In this document: piece after piece, positions 1 through 9,243 of the stretch | Layout: the number at the start of each line of letters is the position of its first letter | Position numbering within the stretch: position 1 is the stretch's first letter | From: a bacterium | GTDB lineage: Bacteria; SZUA-182; DTGQ01; JAFGSM01 | Assembly: GCA_049472315.1 (NCBI GenBank) | Contig: JBLIRN010000041.1 | Span: 1-24,543, forward strand | Length of the DNA: 24,543 nt | Reading direction: 5' to 3' | Position numbers and translations under genes: made by a program | The notes under the pieces: model-generated | What the model was told of the DNA's origin: nothing | The model's database searches: none | The model's input: only the letters and a program-made list of their open reading frames with translations

Positions 1-32
1 ATGGAAAGGCCTCCATGGGTTCCGAAGGTGAT

Positions 33-1415
33 ATGAGAAAGGGAATGAGAACAGACACCTGGATACGAAAGGGATCACGTACACCGATCCTTTGCTCCAT
101 GCTTGTGTGTCTCCTTTTCCTCACCATTCCTGTGCCATCGGCGCTTGCGGGAATCCCCGTCAACCGCGAGGTTGTTATCTATAATGTCGATGTGCGGCAA
201 TTCAGCGTCGCATGGGAGGTCAGCATATCGAGCACCTGCGCGATCAAGGTCTTTCGGGATATCGAAGGCGATCTCGAGGCAGAGGGATACACCTGCACCT
301 CCCGGACGAATGATTCAATTCTTGCGCAGGAGAGGGGCCTCATGCAGGTTGATATCAAGGACCTGCCGTCAGATGGGGGCATGTATTATATCCAGACGGT
401 CTCAACGGAAAAGACGTCCGGAATAGCGCACCGGTGGCCTGAACATGGCAGCCTTCTGCCCGTTAAAACAGAGCCGTTCACCTTCACGCTCCCTCCTCGA
501 AACGGCGTGTTGGAGATCATGTCCTATAGCCCCGACGGCATAAATCCTTATAATCCGCATGAGAATCTGATCACCGACGGGGTCGTCGTACTGGTGGACG
601 GCGGGGGCAACTATCCCGTTTCATCGGATGACAGCGGATGGCCCCGGGAACAGTTCAACACCTACCATTCCGTGGTGATTGATTTCTCCAGGCTCCGGTT
701 GGGAAGTGACTACCTCGATTGGACCGGCGATCCGGAGGATCATGCGGTCACGGTTATATGCCTGGGGGGGCGGGTTTCGGGTAAAGGCCTGGGAAAAAGG
801 ATAGTGCGGACGATCTATCCCGAGGAACTGGTGTCATTCGGGATTGGTGAGGGGTGGTACCCGTGCGTTTCGGAGTTCGGCAGCCACGATTTCGATGGAT
901 GCGCCTTCCTGACGGGAAACCGGATTATCATGGAAGCCGCCCCGGAGCTCCTCGATGCCGATGGGGACGGCTATGACGGCATTGGGAACGGGGGCGATGA
1001 CTGCGACGACGAAGACCCCACGGTATATCCCGGGGCGGTCGGGAACCGCACGGGAAAGGACAACAACTGCAATGGAACAATCGATGCGGATGAAAGGAGG
1101 CCTTCCTCCCCTTCTCGGGCGTCTTTCAGCTATGTATCGTTGCTGATGCCGCTGTTCACCCAGAACACGAATACATATGGCAGTGAATCCCTTCGGTATA
1201 CCATGCCCTGGACACCCTCGGTGTCCCTTTCATATCCCTCCCTGAAATGGGATACAGGAAGACGGCCCTTCGTTTACCCGTTTGTATACCCGTCCTTCCT
1301 CTCCTTTGCCGGTCGATTGTGGCCTCCCGTCACCTCCATCCCTGCAATCCCATCCTATCTATGGAATTCGAACGGGATGGCATATCAATCCCAGGTGCCG
1401 TTGAACTGGTATTGA
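33..1415 (+). CDS. Secreted hypothetical protein with one putative metal-binding (MopE-related) repeat and a Ser/Pro/Tyr/Trp-rich tail
   Basis: ORF 15..1415; ATG at 33 preferred (AAGGTG upstream). Signal-peptide-like segment ending ALA-G. Motif DADGDGY...DDCDDEDPTVYPGA...GKDNNCNGTID at about 954-1094. Confidence 0.75.
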   Translation: MRKGMRTDTWIRKGSRTPILCSMLVCLLFLTIPVPSALAGIPVNREVVIYNVDVRQFSVAWEVSISSTCAIKVFRDIEGDLEAEGYTCTSRTNDSILAQERGLMQVDIKDLPSDGGMYYIQTVSTEKTSGIAHRWPEHGSLLPVKTEPFTFTLPPRNGVLEIMSYSPDGINPYNPHENLITDGVVVLVDGGGNYPVSSDDSGWPREQFNTYHSVVIDFSRLRLGSDYLDWTGDPEDHAVTVICLGGRVSGKGLGKRIVRTIYPEELVSFGIGEGWYPCVSEFGSHDFDGCAFLTGNRIIMEAAPELLDADGDGYDGIGNGGDDCDDEDPTVYPGAVGNRTGKDNNCNGTIDADERRPSSPSRASFSYVSLLMPLFTQNTNTYGSESLRYTMPWTPSVSLSYPSLKWDTGRRPFVYPFVYPSFLSFAGRLWPPVTSIPAIPSYLWNSNGMAYQSQVPLNWY

Positions 1416-1493
1416 ATCTACTCTTACCCATGCGTGACAGCTCGCCGGGGCAGTATTGATCGCACTGCCTTCGTGTGTATTATGCATGCATAC

Positions 1494-1525
1494 AAAAAAG
1501 AGGGCGGCAATGATCTGCCGCCCTC
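1494..1525 (-). terminator. Rho-independent terminator of the large minus-strand gene
   Basis: Perfect 10-bp stem GAGGGCGGCA/TGCCGCCCTC, 6-nt loop, T6 on the minus strand, 26 bp after the stop at 1552. Confidence 0.85.
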
Positions 1526-1551
1526 CGCATAGTCTCTCTGCTGAATGATTA

Positions 1552-3876
1552 TCAGTAGCTCCACCAGGGCTTCACGTCCATGAAGAACTCCATGACCGCG
1601 TATCCGCCCCTGATGTCGTAGAAGATGATCTCTATCATATACGAGCCGGGAAAATTACTCTGGAATTTCCAGATAAAGCTGTCGTCCGGTGCACGGCCGC
1701 AGGTGCCGATGTTGCAGGATGCATAGATATCGTCACCGTCAGGGTCTTCCACGGCAAAGTTCGGCGTATGCAGGATGAACTCCTCGCCCGCCTTTATCAC
1801 CAACGGCTGGGTCGGTCCGCCCAGGATGATGGGCGGATGGTTCAACCAGGTGCCCTTGTTCACGGCGAAGATGGTGATCTCGCCGATCGCCATTGTATTC
1901 TTGGCGTCCTTGCAGGTAATGACCGCATCATAGGCCCCCTCGAACTTCGGCGTCCAGCTTATCAGTCCGCTGCACGGATTGATGATCTGCTCGATCCAGG
2001 GACCGTACTGGTAGCTGGGCAGGCCGTTGATGACCATACTCCAGTTCAGCTCGTCCATGTCCTCCCTGTAGGACAAGGAAACGGGGAAGCCTGGCGTGTG
2101 GGTGGTTGCCGCAGGCTGCGCACGGGAGAAGATGAAGCAGTCGGGATCGATGAAGTTCACGATGTATTTCCCCACCTCACCCACATAGAAGATCTGATCA
2201 TCGATATCCAACTGGAGCACCGGTGCGTAGTTTTCCACGGAGTAGTTCACCACGGTGATGGGGAAGGTGCGCACATCCGAATGCACGCCGTTGGTCACCT
2301 CTATGGTCACGATCAGGTCCTCGAAGTACTGCGGTGTATAATCAAGGGCGGCGACGTTCGGCCAGACCGTCATCCCGGTATTCCACATGGCGCTCTCCAG
2401 CAGGAATACGAGTTCGGGACGAAAATAGGGCTTGCCGAACCGCCTGATGCATTCGAGTGAGGCATAATAGGCCGGGAAATACGTGGGCATGCCGTCATAC
2501 GGATTGACCTGCAGCGGCGACAGGAGAAATGCCTGGGTCCCGTTTGCGCCGTATCCGCCCACCGTGGCGTTCCATCCCAGGGCGCCGAGGTTCTGGAGTC
2601 GTTCACTGCACGGGGTGCCAAGCCGGTTGTTCGGATCGGCAAAGATGGGCAAGTTGATGTCCACGATGAAGTCCCTGCCCATAAGCTCGCTTACATTGGG
2701 ATCGGGCTCCTTGCCGAACAGGTTGGGGTCCGCGCCATACTCATCGATCCAGATATCCTCGATTTCGTTCGGGTCGGTTATGAAGTAGAGCTCCGGATAG
2801 AGCATCAGGTCGGTGATGCAGCGTTGAGGAATCCTGTCGTTGGGGTCGATCGGGCTGTAGGTTTTGATGCTGCCGCCTGCATAGTCCGCGATGAACAGGT
2901 AGCGGTAGGGCTCGAAGAGCTGGGCGTACAGCGGGCCCATCTCGAACAGGTCGGGGTAGTCCTTGAGCACATGGCCGTAGTTGGCCCTGAACAGGAGGTT
3001 GTCCAGACGGAACATCTGGCCGCTCACCAGCACGGCGAGGGCGGTTTCGATGTACCAATCATCCCTGTCGCCGGTGTCGATGTCGTCGAAATTGTCCACG
3101 GCCGCCGTTACCGCATCGTCGATATCGACCCACACCGCATGCCATGAGCCGTCCAGCAGGCCACGGCCCACGCTCACCGTCACCTGCATCTGTCCGGCGG
3201 ATTCATTGAACCCGGTCACCACGGCAACGGTGCCATACATCCCCTCGGTGGTGTTCACGGGCGTGCCAAGGCAGGCACCGGCAGGGGGCTGCAGCGGGAC
3301 GATCCTCACGGTCACGCTGTCGCCGCCCACGGTCTCACCGATGACATCCATCTCGAAGATGTCCCAGGGCTCGATGCCGAGGGGTGCCCTGAAGTCGAAG
3401 CTCACCACACCGTTTGTCGCCATGTCGATGCCGGTTTCACCATCGGTGTCGGCAGCGCTCGGCGGGGTGAACAGGCTGTAGATGATCGCGTGTTTCTCAT
3501 AGGGGGTGCTGAGCAGGAACACGGAGGCGGGACGATACACATCGAGGACCCTGCTTCCCTCCTGCAGATCCAGTACGGTGTTGAAGACGGTGGCGTAGCC
3601 CATGCCAAACCCATAGACCGGGTACGGCGGCTCGGACTGCCTCCAGCCGTGGTTGTACGGGCTGTCCCAGTACTCGAAGTTGTCGACCAGGATGTCCCCT
3701 TCACCCTTGAAGGGATCCTCCCAGGTCGGGACCTGGAGCGGTTGACTCGAGAATGATGGAAAATCCCACAGCGGCGGGAAACCGAAACGTATCTGGGCCA
3801 GGGCTGTCGATTGCGTTATCGCGAACACCAGGGTCACCGCCACACACAGCATTATGGTCCTCTTTGCATTGCCCAC
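1552..3876 (-). CDS. Large secreted acidic protein (~774 aa) with C-terminal Ig/cadherin-like repeats
   Basis: ORF track 1552..4026; GTG at 3876 has GGAGGT 8 nt upstream and gives a signal peptide ending ALA-Q. C-terminal NYAPVL...FIDPD...SGLISWTP and NHPPII...EDPDGDDI resemble cadherin-like/He_PIG repeats. Confidence 0.75.
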   Translation of the reverse strand: MGNAKRTIMLCVAVTLVFAITQSTALAQIRFGFPPLWDFPSFSSQPLQVPTWEDPFKGEGDILVDNFEYWDSPYNHGWRQSEPPYPVYGFGMGYATVFNTVLDLQEGSRVLDVYRPASVFLLSTPYEKHAIIYSLFTPPSAADTDGETGIDMATNGVVSFDFRAPLGIEPWDIFEMDVIGETVGGDSVTVRIVPLQPPAGACLGTPVNTTEGMYGTVAVVTGFNESAGQMQVTVSVGRGLLDGSWHAVWVDIDDAVTAAVDNFDDIDTGDRDDWYIETALAVLVSGQMFRLDNLLFRANYGHVLKDYPDLFEMGPLYAQLFEPYRYLFIADYAGGSIKTYSPIDPNDRIPQRCITDLMLYPELYFITDPNEIEDIWIDEYGADPNLFGKEPDPNVSELMGRDFIVDINLPIFADPNNRLGTPCSERLQNLGALGWNATVGGYGANGTQAFLLSPLQVNPYDGMPTYFPAYYASLECIRRFGKPYFRPELVFLLESAMWNTGMTVWPNVAALDYTPQYFEDLIVTIEVTNGVHSDVRTFPITVVNYSVENYAPVLQLDIDDQIFYVGEVGKYIVNFIDPDCFIFSRAQPAATTHTPGFPVSLSYREDMDELNWSMVINGLPSYQYGPWIEQIINPCSGLISWTPKFEGAYDAVITCKDAKNTMAIGEITIFAVNKGTWLNHPPIILGGPTQPLVIKAGEEFILHTPNFAVEDPDGDDIYASCNIGTCGRAPDDSFIWKFQSNFPGSYMIEIIFYDIRGGYAVMEFFMDVKPWWSY

Positions 3877-4057
3877 GTCCACGCACCTCCCTTCCAAAGA
3901 CATATCCTTATTGTTATGGTTTGTATCAATAAACCCGTATATGAAGAGAATTCGAGGTACTGGCGCCTCCCGAAGACCAAGGCGGTCGATTATGCCGCCA
4001 TGCCCCGAAGGGACGCTTGTAGGCACAACTATATAAAATTATTTACTTTTTATTATA

Positions 4058-4086
4058 ATGATATATAGAAGAGAGATTCTTGTCAA
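4058..4086 (-). promoter_or_regulatory. Sigma70-type promoter of the large secreted protein gene
   Basis: TTGACA (4086-4081), 17 bp, TATCAT (4063-4058) on the minus strand, in an AT-rich tract. Confidence 0.65.
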
Positions 4087-4527
4087 CTGTAGTATGTAAT
4101 AACTATCGGAAAAATATGTGGAAATCAGATCAAAAGGGAAGGGGGGGTGAAGGGGAGCGGCGATAGGGGACACGATACCCTTTCCATGTGGTCTTCCCGT
4201 TATCCCGCTCTCCCTTCAGGAACCCCGTGAAGGCTCGGTCTTGTCTCCTGTTAAGGCCGGTCAAACAATAATGCGGCGGTTTCCACCTTTCAGGAAGATG
4301 GCGCTACAATGTGTGCCAGGATGTACAGGCATATTTGATGTCATTGTAATACAAAAATGATTGCAGGCAATAGGGAAAACTACGATACCTTTCATAGTGA
4401 ATTCCCCGGTATCTGCTGATGTCGCCTTTACAGCAAGGAGGGGAAGGGAGCGATTCCCTGTATCCGACAATCAGATGAATAAAAGGATAAGGGTGAGTAG
4501 GGTTGGCAGGCGATGAGCGGCCCGGGA

Positions 4528-5208
4528 TCAGCGCTCGCTTTTCATCCAATGGATGGCCTGCTGCAGGAGTTCATCGCCGCTTTTGAGCTTCAATTTATCC
4601 TTTATATGGGCGCGGTAGGCCTCCACGGTCCGTGCGCTTATGAACAACCTTTCCGCGATCGTGCGGGTCCCGCATCCCTTTCCGATCAACCGGAACACCT
4701 CCAATTCACGATTGCTGAGCAGTTCGAAGGGGGATGCGCAGCCGTTTGTGTGGCTGCAGATGGATTTGTTCATGATCTTCAAGGCAATCTTATTGCTCAG
4801 ATAAATCTCGCCGTTCAACACACAGACGATCGCCATGAGAATCCCTTTCAGGGGCGTGTGTTTCATGATATACCCTCGTGCACCCGCCCTGAGGGCGCGT
4901 TCGGCATAAAACTCCTCGTCGAATTTTGAGAACACCAGAATGGGCAATGTAGGATACTGCCGGTTGATTCGTTCGATAAGGTCGATGCCGTTGATGCCCT
5001 TGAGGGATATATCGAGTATGATCAGATCGGGCCTCAAGGCCTTGATCGTTTCCATGGTTTCGTGGGCGGTCTCCGCCTCCCCGCAGACCCTGAGGCCTTC
5101 ACTTCCATTGACGAGGTTGGCAAGACCGAGCCGCACGATAGGGTGAAAATCAACAATGAGCACACCCCGTGTATTATTTCCTGATCCGTGTGATTCTGCT
5201 GTTGACAT
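4528..5208 (-). CDS. NarL/FixJ-family response regulator (REC + LuxR HTH)
   Basis: VLIVDFHPIVR, phospho-acceptor in ILDISL, GARGYIMK; C-terminal LSNRELEVFRLIGKG...IAERLFISARTVEAYRAHIKDKL. Confidence 0.93.
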   Translation of the reverse strand: MSTAESHGSGNNTRGVLIVDFHPIVRLGLANLVNGSEGLRVCGEAETAHETMETIKALRPDLIILDISLKGINGIDLIERINRQYPTLPILVFSKFDEEFYAERALRAGARGYIMKHTPLKGILMAIVCVLNGEIYLSNKIALKIMNKSICSHTNGCASPFELLSNRELEVFRLIGKGCGTRTIAERLFISARTVEAYRAHIKDKLKLKSGDELLQQAIHWMKSER

Positions 5209-5754
5209 ATGCTCCTAGACCTCCTTACATCGTGCCTGTTCCCCTCTCTGAGGGTTCGTTGTCCCTTGATCCATTGTTGACAATGTGGGTGATTTTTGAA
5301 AATAGTCCCGCCTGGATGGGGTACTGGGAATGAATGGTATGGGCATGGAGACGGGCGGATCGGGATTGATCACGCCGTAAGGGATACAGAGTAATGACGA
5401 ACGAAAGAAACAGCCACAGATCTCCACCTGATCTCCCCTCTCTTGATCGAGGCCATCGGGGCAGTAAACAGTCTCTTCAAACGCGTGATGAAGAAACAAA
5501 GGTGTCGAGAAACTGAAGAAAGGATCGAGATAGGTGACTCGGCCTCAACCAAGGTTTCCTTAGCTTCAGAAAGGTTGACTGTATATTTTTGACGTGTTTT
5601 TTTTCTGTTACTTACGGATAAATTTCATTATATTTTGATAATATTCCTGTTAAATACATTGGTTGGCAACTTCTAAGAAATCAGCCGGTCTCTGAAGGAA
5701 ATGACTGGAGATCGTTAGAGCTCGATAGTAAAGTGGAAAGCTGTATCTATGAAG

Positions 5755-5797
5755 AAAAAGAGAGGGGAGGGAGGCCCAGAACGGACCTCCCTCTGCC
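5755..5797 (-). terminator. Probable rho-independent terminator
   Basis: Stem GAGGGAGG (5767-5774)/CCTCCCTC (5786-5793) with a T-rich tract on the minus strand, just after the stop at 5808. Confidence 0.6.
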
Positions 5798-5807
5798 TTT
5801 TCGGGAT

Positions 5808-6419
5808 TTAGTACCCGAGAATCGCGGCTGGCGTGAGGAGGGATGAGAATGCAGGGGTTGGGTAAGTGAGAGAAACCAGCCACGGATCCAGACCACTTAG
5901 ATTGACCGGCAGACCATAACTCAGCGCCTGTAGCGCATAACCTTGATAGGCGCCGATGTAGGCAAGATTGGCAATAGGCACATTGCTATTCAGCCAGAGC
6001 GGGTCTGTCGGCGGCAACAGGTTCCATCCCAAAGGAAGATCGATGGGGAGCGGATTCCCGGTAACAGGGTCCAGCATGTAATCGGGTGGCCAAGAATTGA
6101 TACCGAAGAGGGGATCATAGTAGGCCAGGCCTCCAGGAACATTGAAAAGGAGATAGGGATAGCTGATCGCTGGGTTCCAAACGAGTCCGGGTTGAACGGG
6201 GAGCACCGTAGACGCATTGAGGGAGCCAACCAGAGGGATCGGGACGCCGGTTGTGGGGTCAATCGGCGATAGTGCTGGAGACCAGAGGGGCCATAGGACA
6301 TTATAAGGCGGTAGAGGAGCCCAGGTATCCGCTCCTGCCATCGATCTAAAGGTAATGCTCATGACCATGAAAATGGTCAGAATGATTATACAAAGCAATA
6401 CAAAGCGTATTCTGCACAT
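5808..6419 (-). CDS. Secreted Pro/Leu/aromatic-rich hypothetical protein
   Basis: GGGAGG upstream of ATG, hydrophobic signal peptide ending AGA-D, strongly biased composition, downstream terminator. Confidence 0.8.
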   Translation of the reverse strand: MCRIRFVLLCIIILTIFMVMSITFRSMAGADTWAPLPPYNVLWPLWSPALSPIDPTTGVPIPLVGSLNASTVLPVQPGLVWNPAISYPYLLFNVPGGLAYYDPLFGINSWPPDYMLDPVTGNPLPIDLPLGWNLLPPTDPLWLNSNVPIANLAYIGAYQGYALQALSYGLPVNLSGLDPWLVSLTYPTPAFSSLLTPAAILGY

Positions 6420-6528
6420 ATTTAAAACCTCCCTGTAACCTTTTTTATCTTTGGCCCCGGTGGAGCAAAGAGATCCGAACCTTTTCGACGTCCGGATTGC
6501 CTTGATTTACGTCAATCACCTCCTCGGG

Positions 6529-7014
6529 TCATTGCAGGCCTACCCAACCTTGATAGGCGCTGACGGAACCGTATGAATATGTAGGGTATTCAAAACGGGC
6601 ATAGGGATATCCCGTGCCCGGCATTGCGCGATAGGGAAACGTTGTCTGAATGACCGAGCCGAAATAGGGGTACGTGGGGATCTCGAAGAAGTTGAGCAGA
6701 AAGGAGGCATATGCATTGTTAAAGGGGGTATAGCGGTCCCACCCCAGCAGGGTGTTTCCCTCGATGGGGGGATAGTACCCGTATCCCATGTAGTAAAACG
6801 GCTCGATGATTGAATTGATATAGCCGAACCCGGTGAAAAACAGGGGATTGGTATAGAAGTATGAAACGGGCACCACGGAAGAGGAATACTGGCACAGCCC
6901 CCTGTTCACCGCCCCGGTGCTCAGGATAACAACGCTCGTGATCACAATGATGAGTGATATATGAAGGGATCTCCCCTTCTCCGGTGTTCGTGATATAGAA
7001 AGCGTCACCCGCAT
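6529..7014 (-). CDS. Secreted Tyr/Phe/Pro/Gly-rich hypothetical protein
   Basis: GGAGG 10 nt upstream of ATG, hydrophobic N-terminal segment ending GLC-Q, Tyr-rich mature region. Confidence 0.7.
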   Translation of the reverse strand: MRVTLSISRTPEKGRSLHISLIIVITSVVILSTGAVNRGLCQYSSSVVPVSYFYTNPLFFTGFGYINSIIEPFYYMGYGYYPPIEGNTLLGWDRYTPFNNAYASFLLNFFEIPTYPYFGSVIQTTFPYRAMPGTGYPYARFEYPTYSYGSVSAYQGWVGLQ

Positions 7015-7262
7015 TCGTTTTCATCCTCCATAAACCTGTTCCGTCCCCCCTTACCCTTCCCCCTTCCTGCAAGTTAAAGACCACCCGAGGCCCTCGGCAC
7101 AGTCGCTGTGGGGGTCGATGCAGGGGCAGCCTGAAAACCCAAGGGAAAAAAGGGGAAAGAACTGAACATGCGAAGATGGGAATGAATACCGTGCCCCGCA
7201 GGCAAGGGATTACCGGTGCCGTCGGGGAGAAAAAAATATGGCGTGGGTATAGTATTTATGAC

Positions 7263-7290
7263 TCCTTGAGCCTTTCATCCTTGAGCCTTT
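7263..7290. repeat. 13-bp direct repeat (two copies)
   Basis: TCCTTGAGCCTTT at 7263-7275 and 7278-7290. Confidence 0.8.
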
Positions 7291-7297
7291 TATCATT

Positions 7298-7327
7298 TTG
7301 ACAAATCGGCTCTTTTTGTTCTATACT
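7298..7327 (+). promoter_or_regulatory. Sigma70-type promoter for lepA-hemW
   Basis: TTGACA (7298-7303), 18 bp, TATACT (7322-7327). Confidence 0.6.
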
Positions 7328-7440
7328 CCTTATTCACCATCCATTCGGGAGGTAGTCAACAGTACGCCTGGCAGCGGTGCGCGCACGGAGGCGACCCTGG
7401 TTAAGGCAATCCGCCGAGCACAGACACGATCGACAAAACC

Positions 7441-9243
7441 ATGCAAAATATCAGAAATTTCAGTATCATAGCACATATCGATCACGGCAAATCCACCCTT
7501 GCGGACCGGCTCATCCAGCTATCGGGGATCATCCCGGAGCGGGAGTTCAGGGACCAACTGCTCGACTCCATGGACATCGAAAGGGAGCGGGGGATCACCA
7601 TTAAAAGTCAGGCAATAAGCCTTCCCTACAGGGCGCTGGACGGACGGGAATACTGCCTGAACCTCATCGATACACCCGGGCATGTGGATTTTTCCTATGA
7701 GGTTTCGCGGGCTTTGGCCGCGTGCGAAGGGGTGCTCCTGGTCATCGACGCTGCACAGGGGGTGGAGGCGCAGACCCTGGCCAATCTCTACCTGGCCCTG
7801 GAACTCGATCTTGAGGTGATACCCGTGATCAACAAGATCGACCTTCCCTCTGCCGACGTGGACAGGGTCCTCGATGAGATCGACAGGGAGCTGGGGCTCG
7901 ATCCTGATACGGCCCTGAAGTGCTCGGCAAAGGAGGGCATCGGGATCGATGAGATTCTGGAGGCCATTGCCCGGCAGATACCCCCTCCCAGGGGTGACGA
8001 TGCCAATCCCCTCTCCGCCCTGGTATTCGACGCACAGTACGATTCCTTCAGGGGGGTGATCATCCACTGCAGGCTCTTTAACGGCCAGGTGAGGGCGGGG
8101 GACATGATACGATTCATGTCCACCAATGCCCTGCACAAGGTGGAGGAGGTGGGCCATTTTCGTCTTGACCGGGAGAAGGCGGACCTGCTTTCCGCAGGGG
8201 AGGTGGGGTACATCATCGCGGGGGTAAAGGAGGTGCGGGAGGCCCGATCAGGGGACACCATCACCCTTGAGGCGAATCCCTGTCCGGCACCACTTCCCGG
8301 GTTCAGGGAGGCAAAGCCCATGGTCTTCTCCTCCATCTATCCCATTTCAACGGAGGACTATGAGGACCTTGCCGATTCCCTCGAGAAATACCGGCTCAAC
8401 GATGCGGCCCTCACCTACGAAAAGGATTCCTCCGCCACCCTTGGCCCCGGTTTCAGGTGCGGCTTCCTGGGCCTCCTCCACCTGGAGATCGTGCAGGAAC
8501 GACTGGAGAGGGAGTATGATCTCTCCATCCTGTTCACCGCACCGAGCGTACGCTTTAGGCTGCTTCTCAAGGACGGCGGCGAGCAGTTCATCGAGAACCC
8601 GGCCCTCTATCCCGATCCCACCCTCATCGACCATGCAGAGGAGCCCTTTATCAAGGCCACCATCATGATGCCGGAGCGATATCTTGGTGCGGCGATGAAG
8701 CTTTGCCTGGACCGCCGGGGGGTGAACACCAATTTCCATTATACCGGTCACCAGCGGGTCGAGCTGACCGTGGAGCTGCCCCTGGCGGAGGTGATCTTTG
8801 ACTTCTACGATCACCTGAAGACCATCACCCAGGGGTACGGCTCCTTTGACTACGAGTTGATGGATTACCGGTCCACCGACCTGGTGAAGCTCGATATCCT
8901 GGTCAATGGCGAGCGGGTGGATGCGCTCTCCCAACTGGTACACCGGGACCGGGCGCGGGCCAGGGGCCTTCACGCCTGCGAGCGGCTCCAGGAGGAGATC
9001 CCGCGCCATATGTTCAAGATACCCATTCAGGGCGCCATAGGGAATACCATCATCGCCCGCACCACCATTTCACCCTTCAGAAAGGATGTCACGGCGAAGT
9101 GCTATGGGGGTGACATCACCCGCAAGAGAAAGCTTCTGGAAAAGCAGAAGAAGGGAAAGAAGCGGATGAAGATCATCGGCTCGGTCAGTATCCCTCAGTC
9201 AGCCTTTCTCGCCGTGCTGAAGGCGGACACCGATAAAAAATGA
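7441..9243 (+). CDS. lepA: Elongation factor 4 (LepA)
   Basis: IRNFSIIAHIDHGKSTLADR, ERERGITIK, DTPGHVDF, NKID, C-terminal RKDVTAKCYGGDITRKRKLLEKQKKGKKRMK. Confidence 0.99.
   Translation: MQNIRNFSIIAHIDHGKSTLADRLIQLSGIIPEREFRDQLLDSMDIERERGITIKSQAISLPYRALDGREYCLNLIDTPGHVDFSYEVSRALAACEGVLLVIDAAQGVEAQTLANLYLALELDLEVIPVINKIDLPSADVDRVLDEIDRELGLDPDTALKCSAKEGIGIDEILEAIARQIPPPRGDDANPLSALVFDAQYDSFRGVIIHCRLFNGQVRAGDMIRFMSTNALHKVEEVGHFRLDREKADLLSAGEVGYIIAGVKEVREARSGDTITLEANPCPAPLPGFREAKPMVFSSIYPISTEDYEDLADSLEKYRLNDAALTYEKDSSATLGPGFRCGFLGLLHLEIVQERLEREYDLSILFTAPSVRFRLLLKDGGEQFIENPALYPDPTLIDHAEEPFIKATIMMPERYLGAAMKLCLDRRGVNTNFHYTGHQRVELTVELPLAEVIFDFYDHLKTITQGYGSFDYELMDYRSTDLVKLDILVNGERVDALSQLVHRDRARARGLHACERLQEEIPRHMFKIPIQGAIGNTIIARTTISPFRKDVTAKCYGGDITRKRKLLEKQKKGKKRMKIIGSVSIPQSAFLAVLKADTDKK

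Noticed and set aside
4148..4218. Long imperfect purine/pyrimidine hairpin (6S RNA or terminator?)
   Set aside because: Too short for 6S, no adjacent U-tract, and low-complexity G/C runs make chance pairing likely.
5215..5552. ORFs of 94 and 60 aa upstream of the NarL regulator
   Set aside because: No clear RBS or recognisable motif, and non-ATG starts; probably spurious.
6430..6525. Two hairpins between the secreted-protein genes, checked as a c-di-GMP-I riboswitch
   Set aside because: The GGCAAA...GAAA...GACGCAAAGC architecture is not matched.
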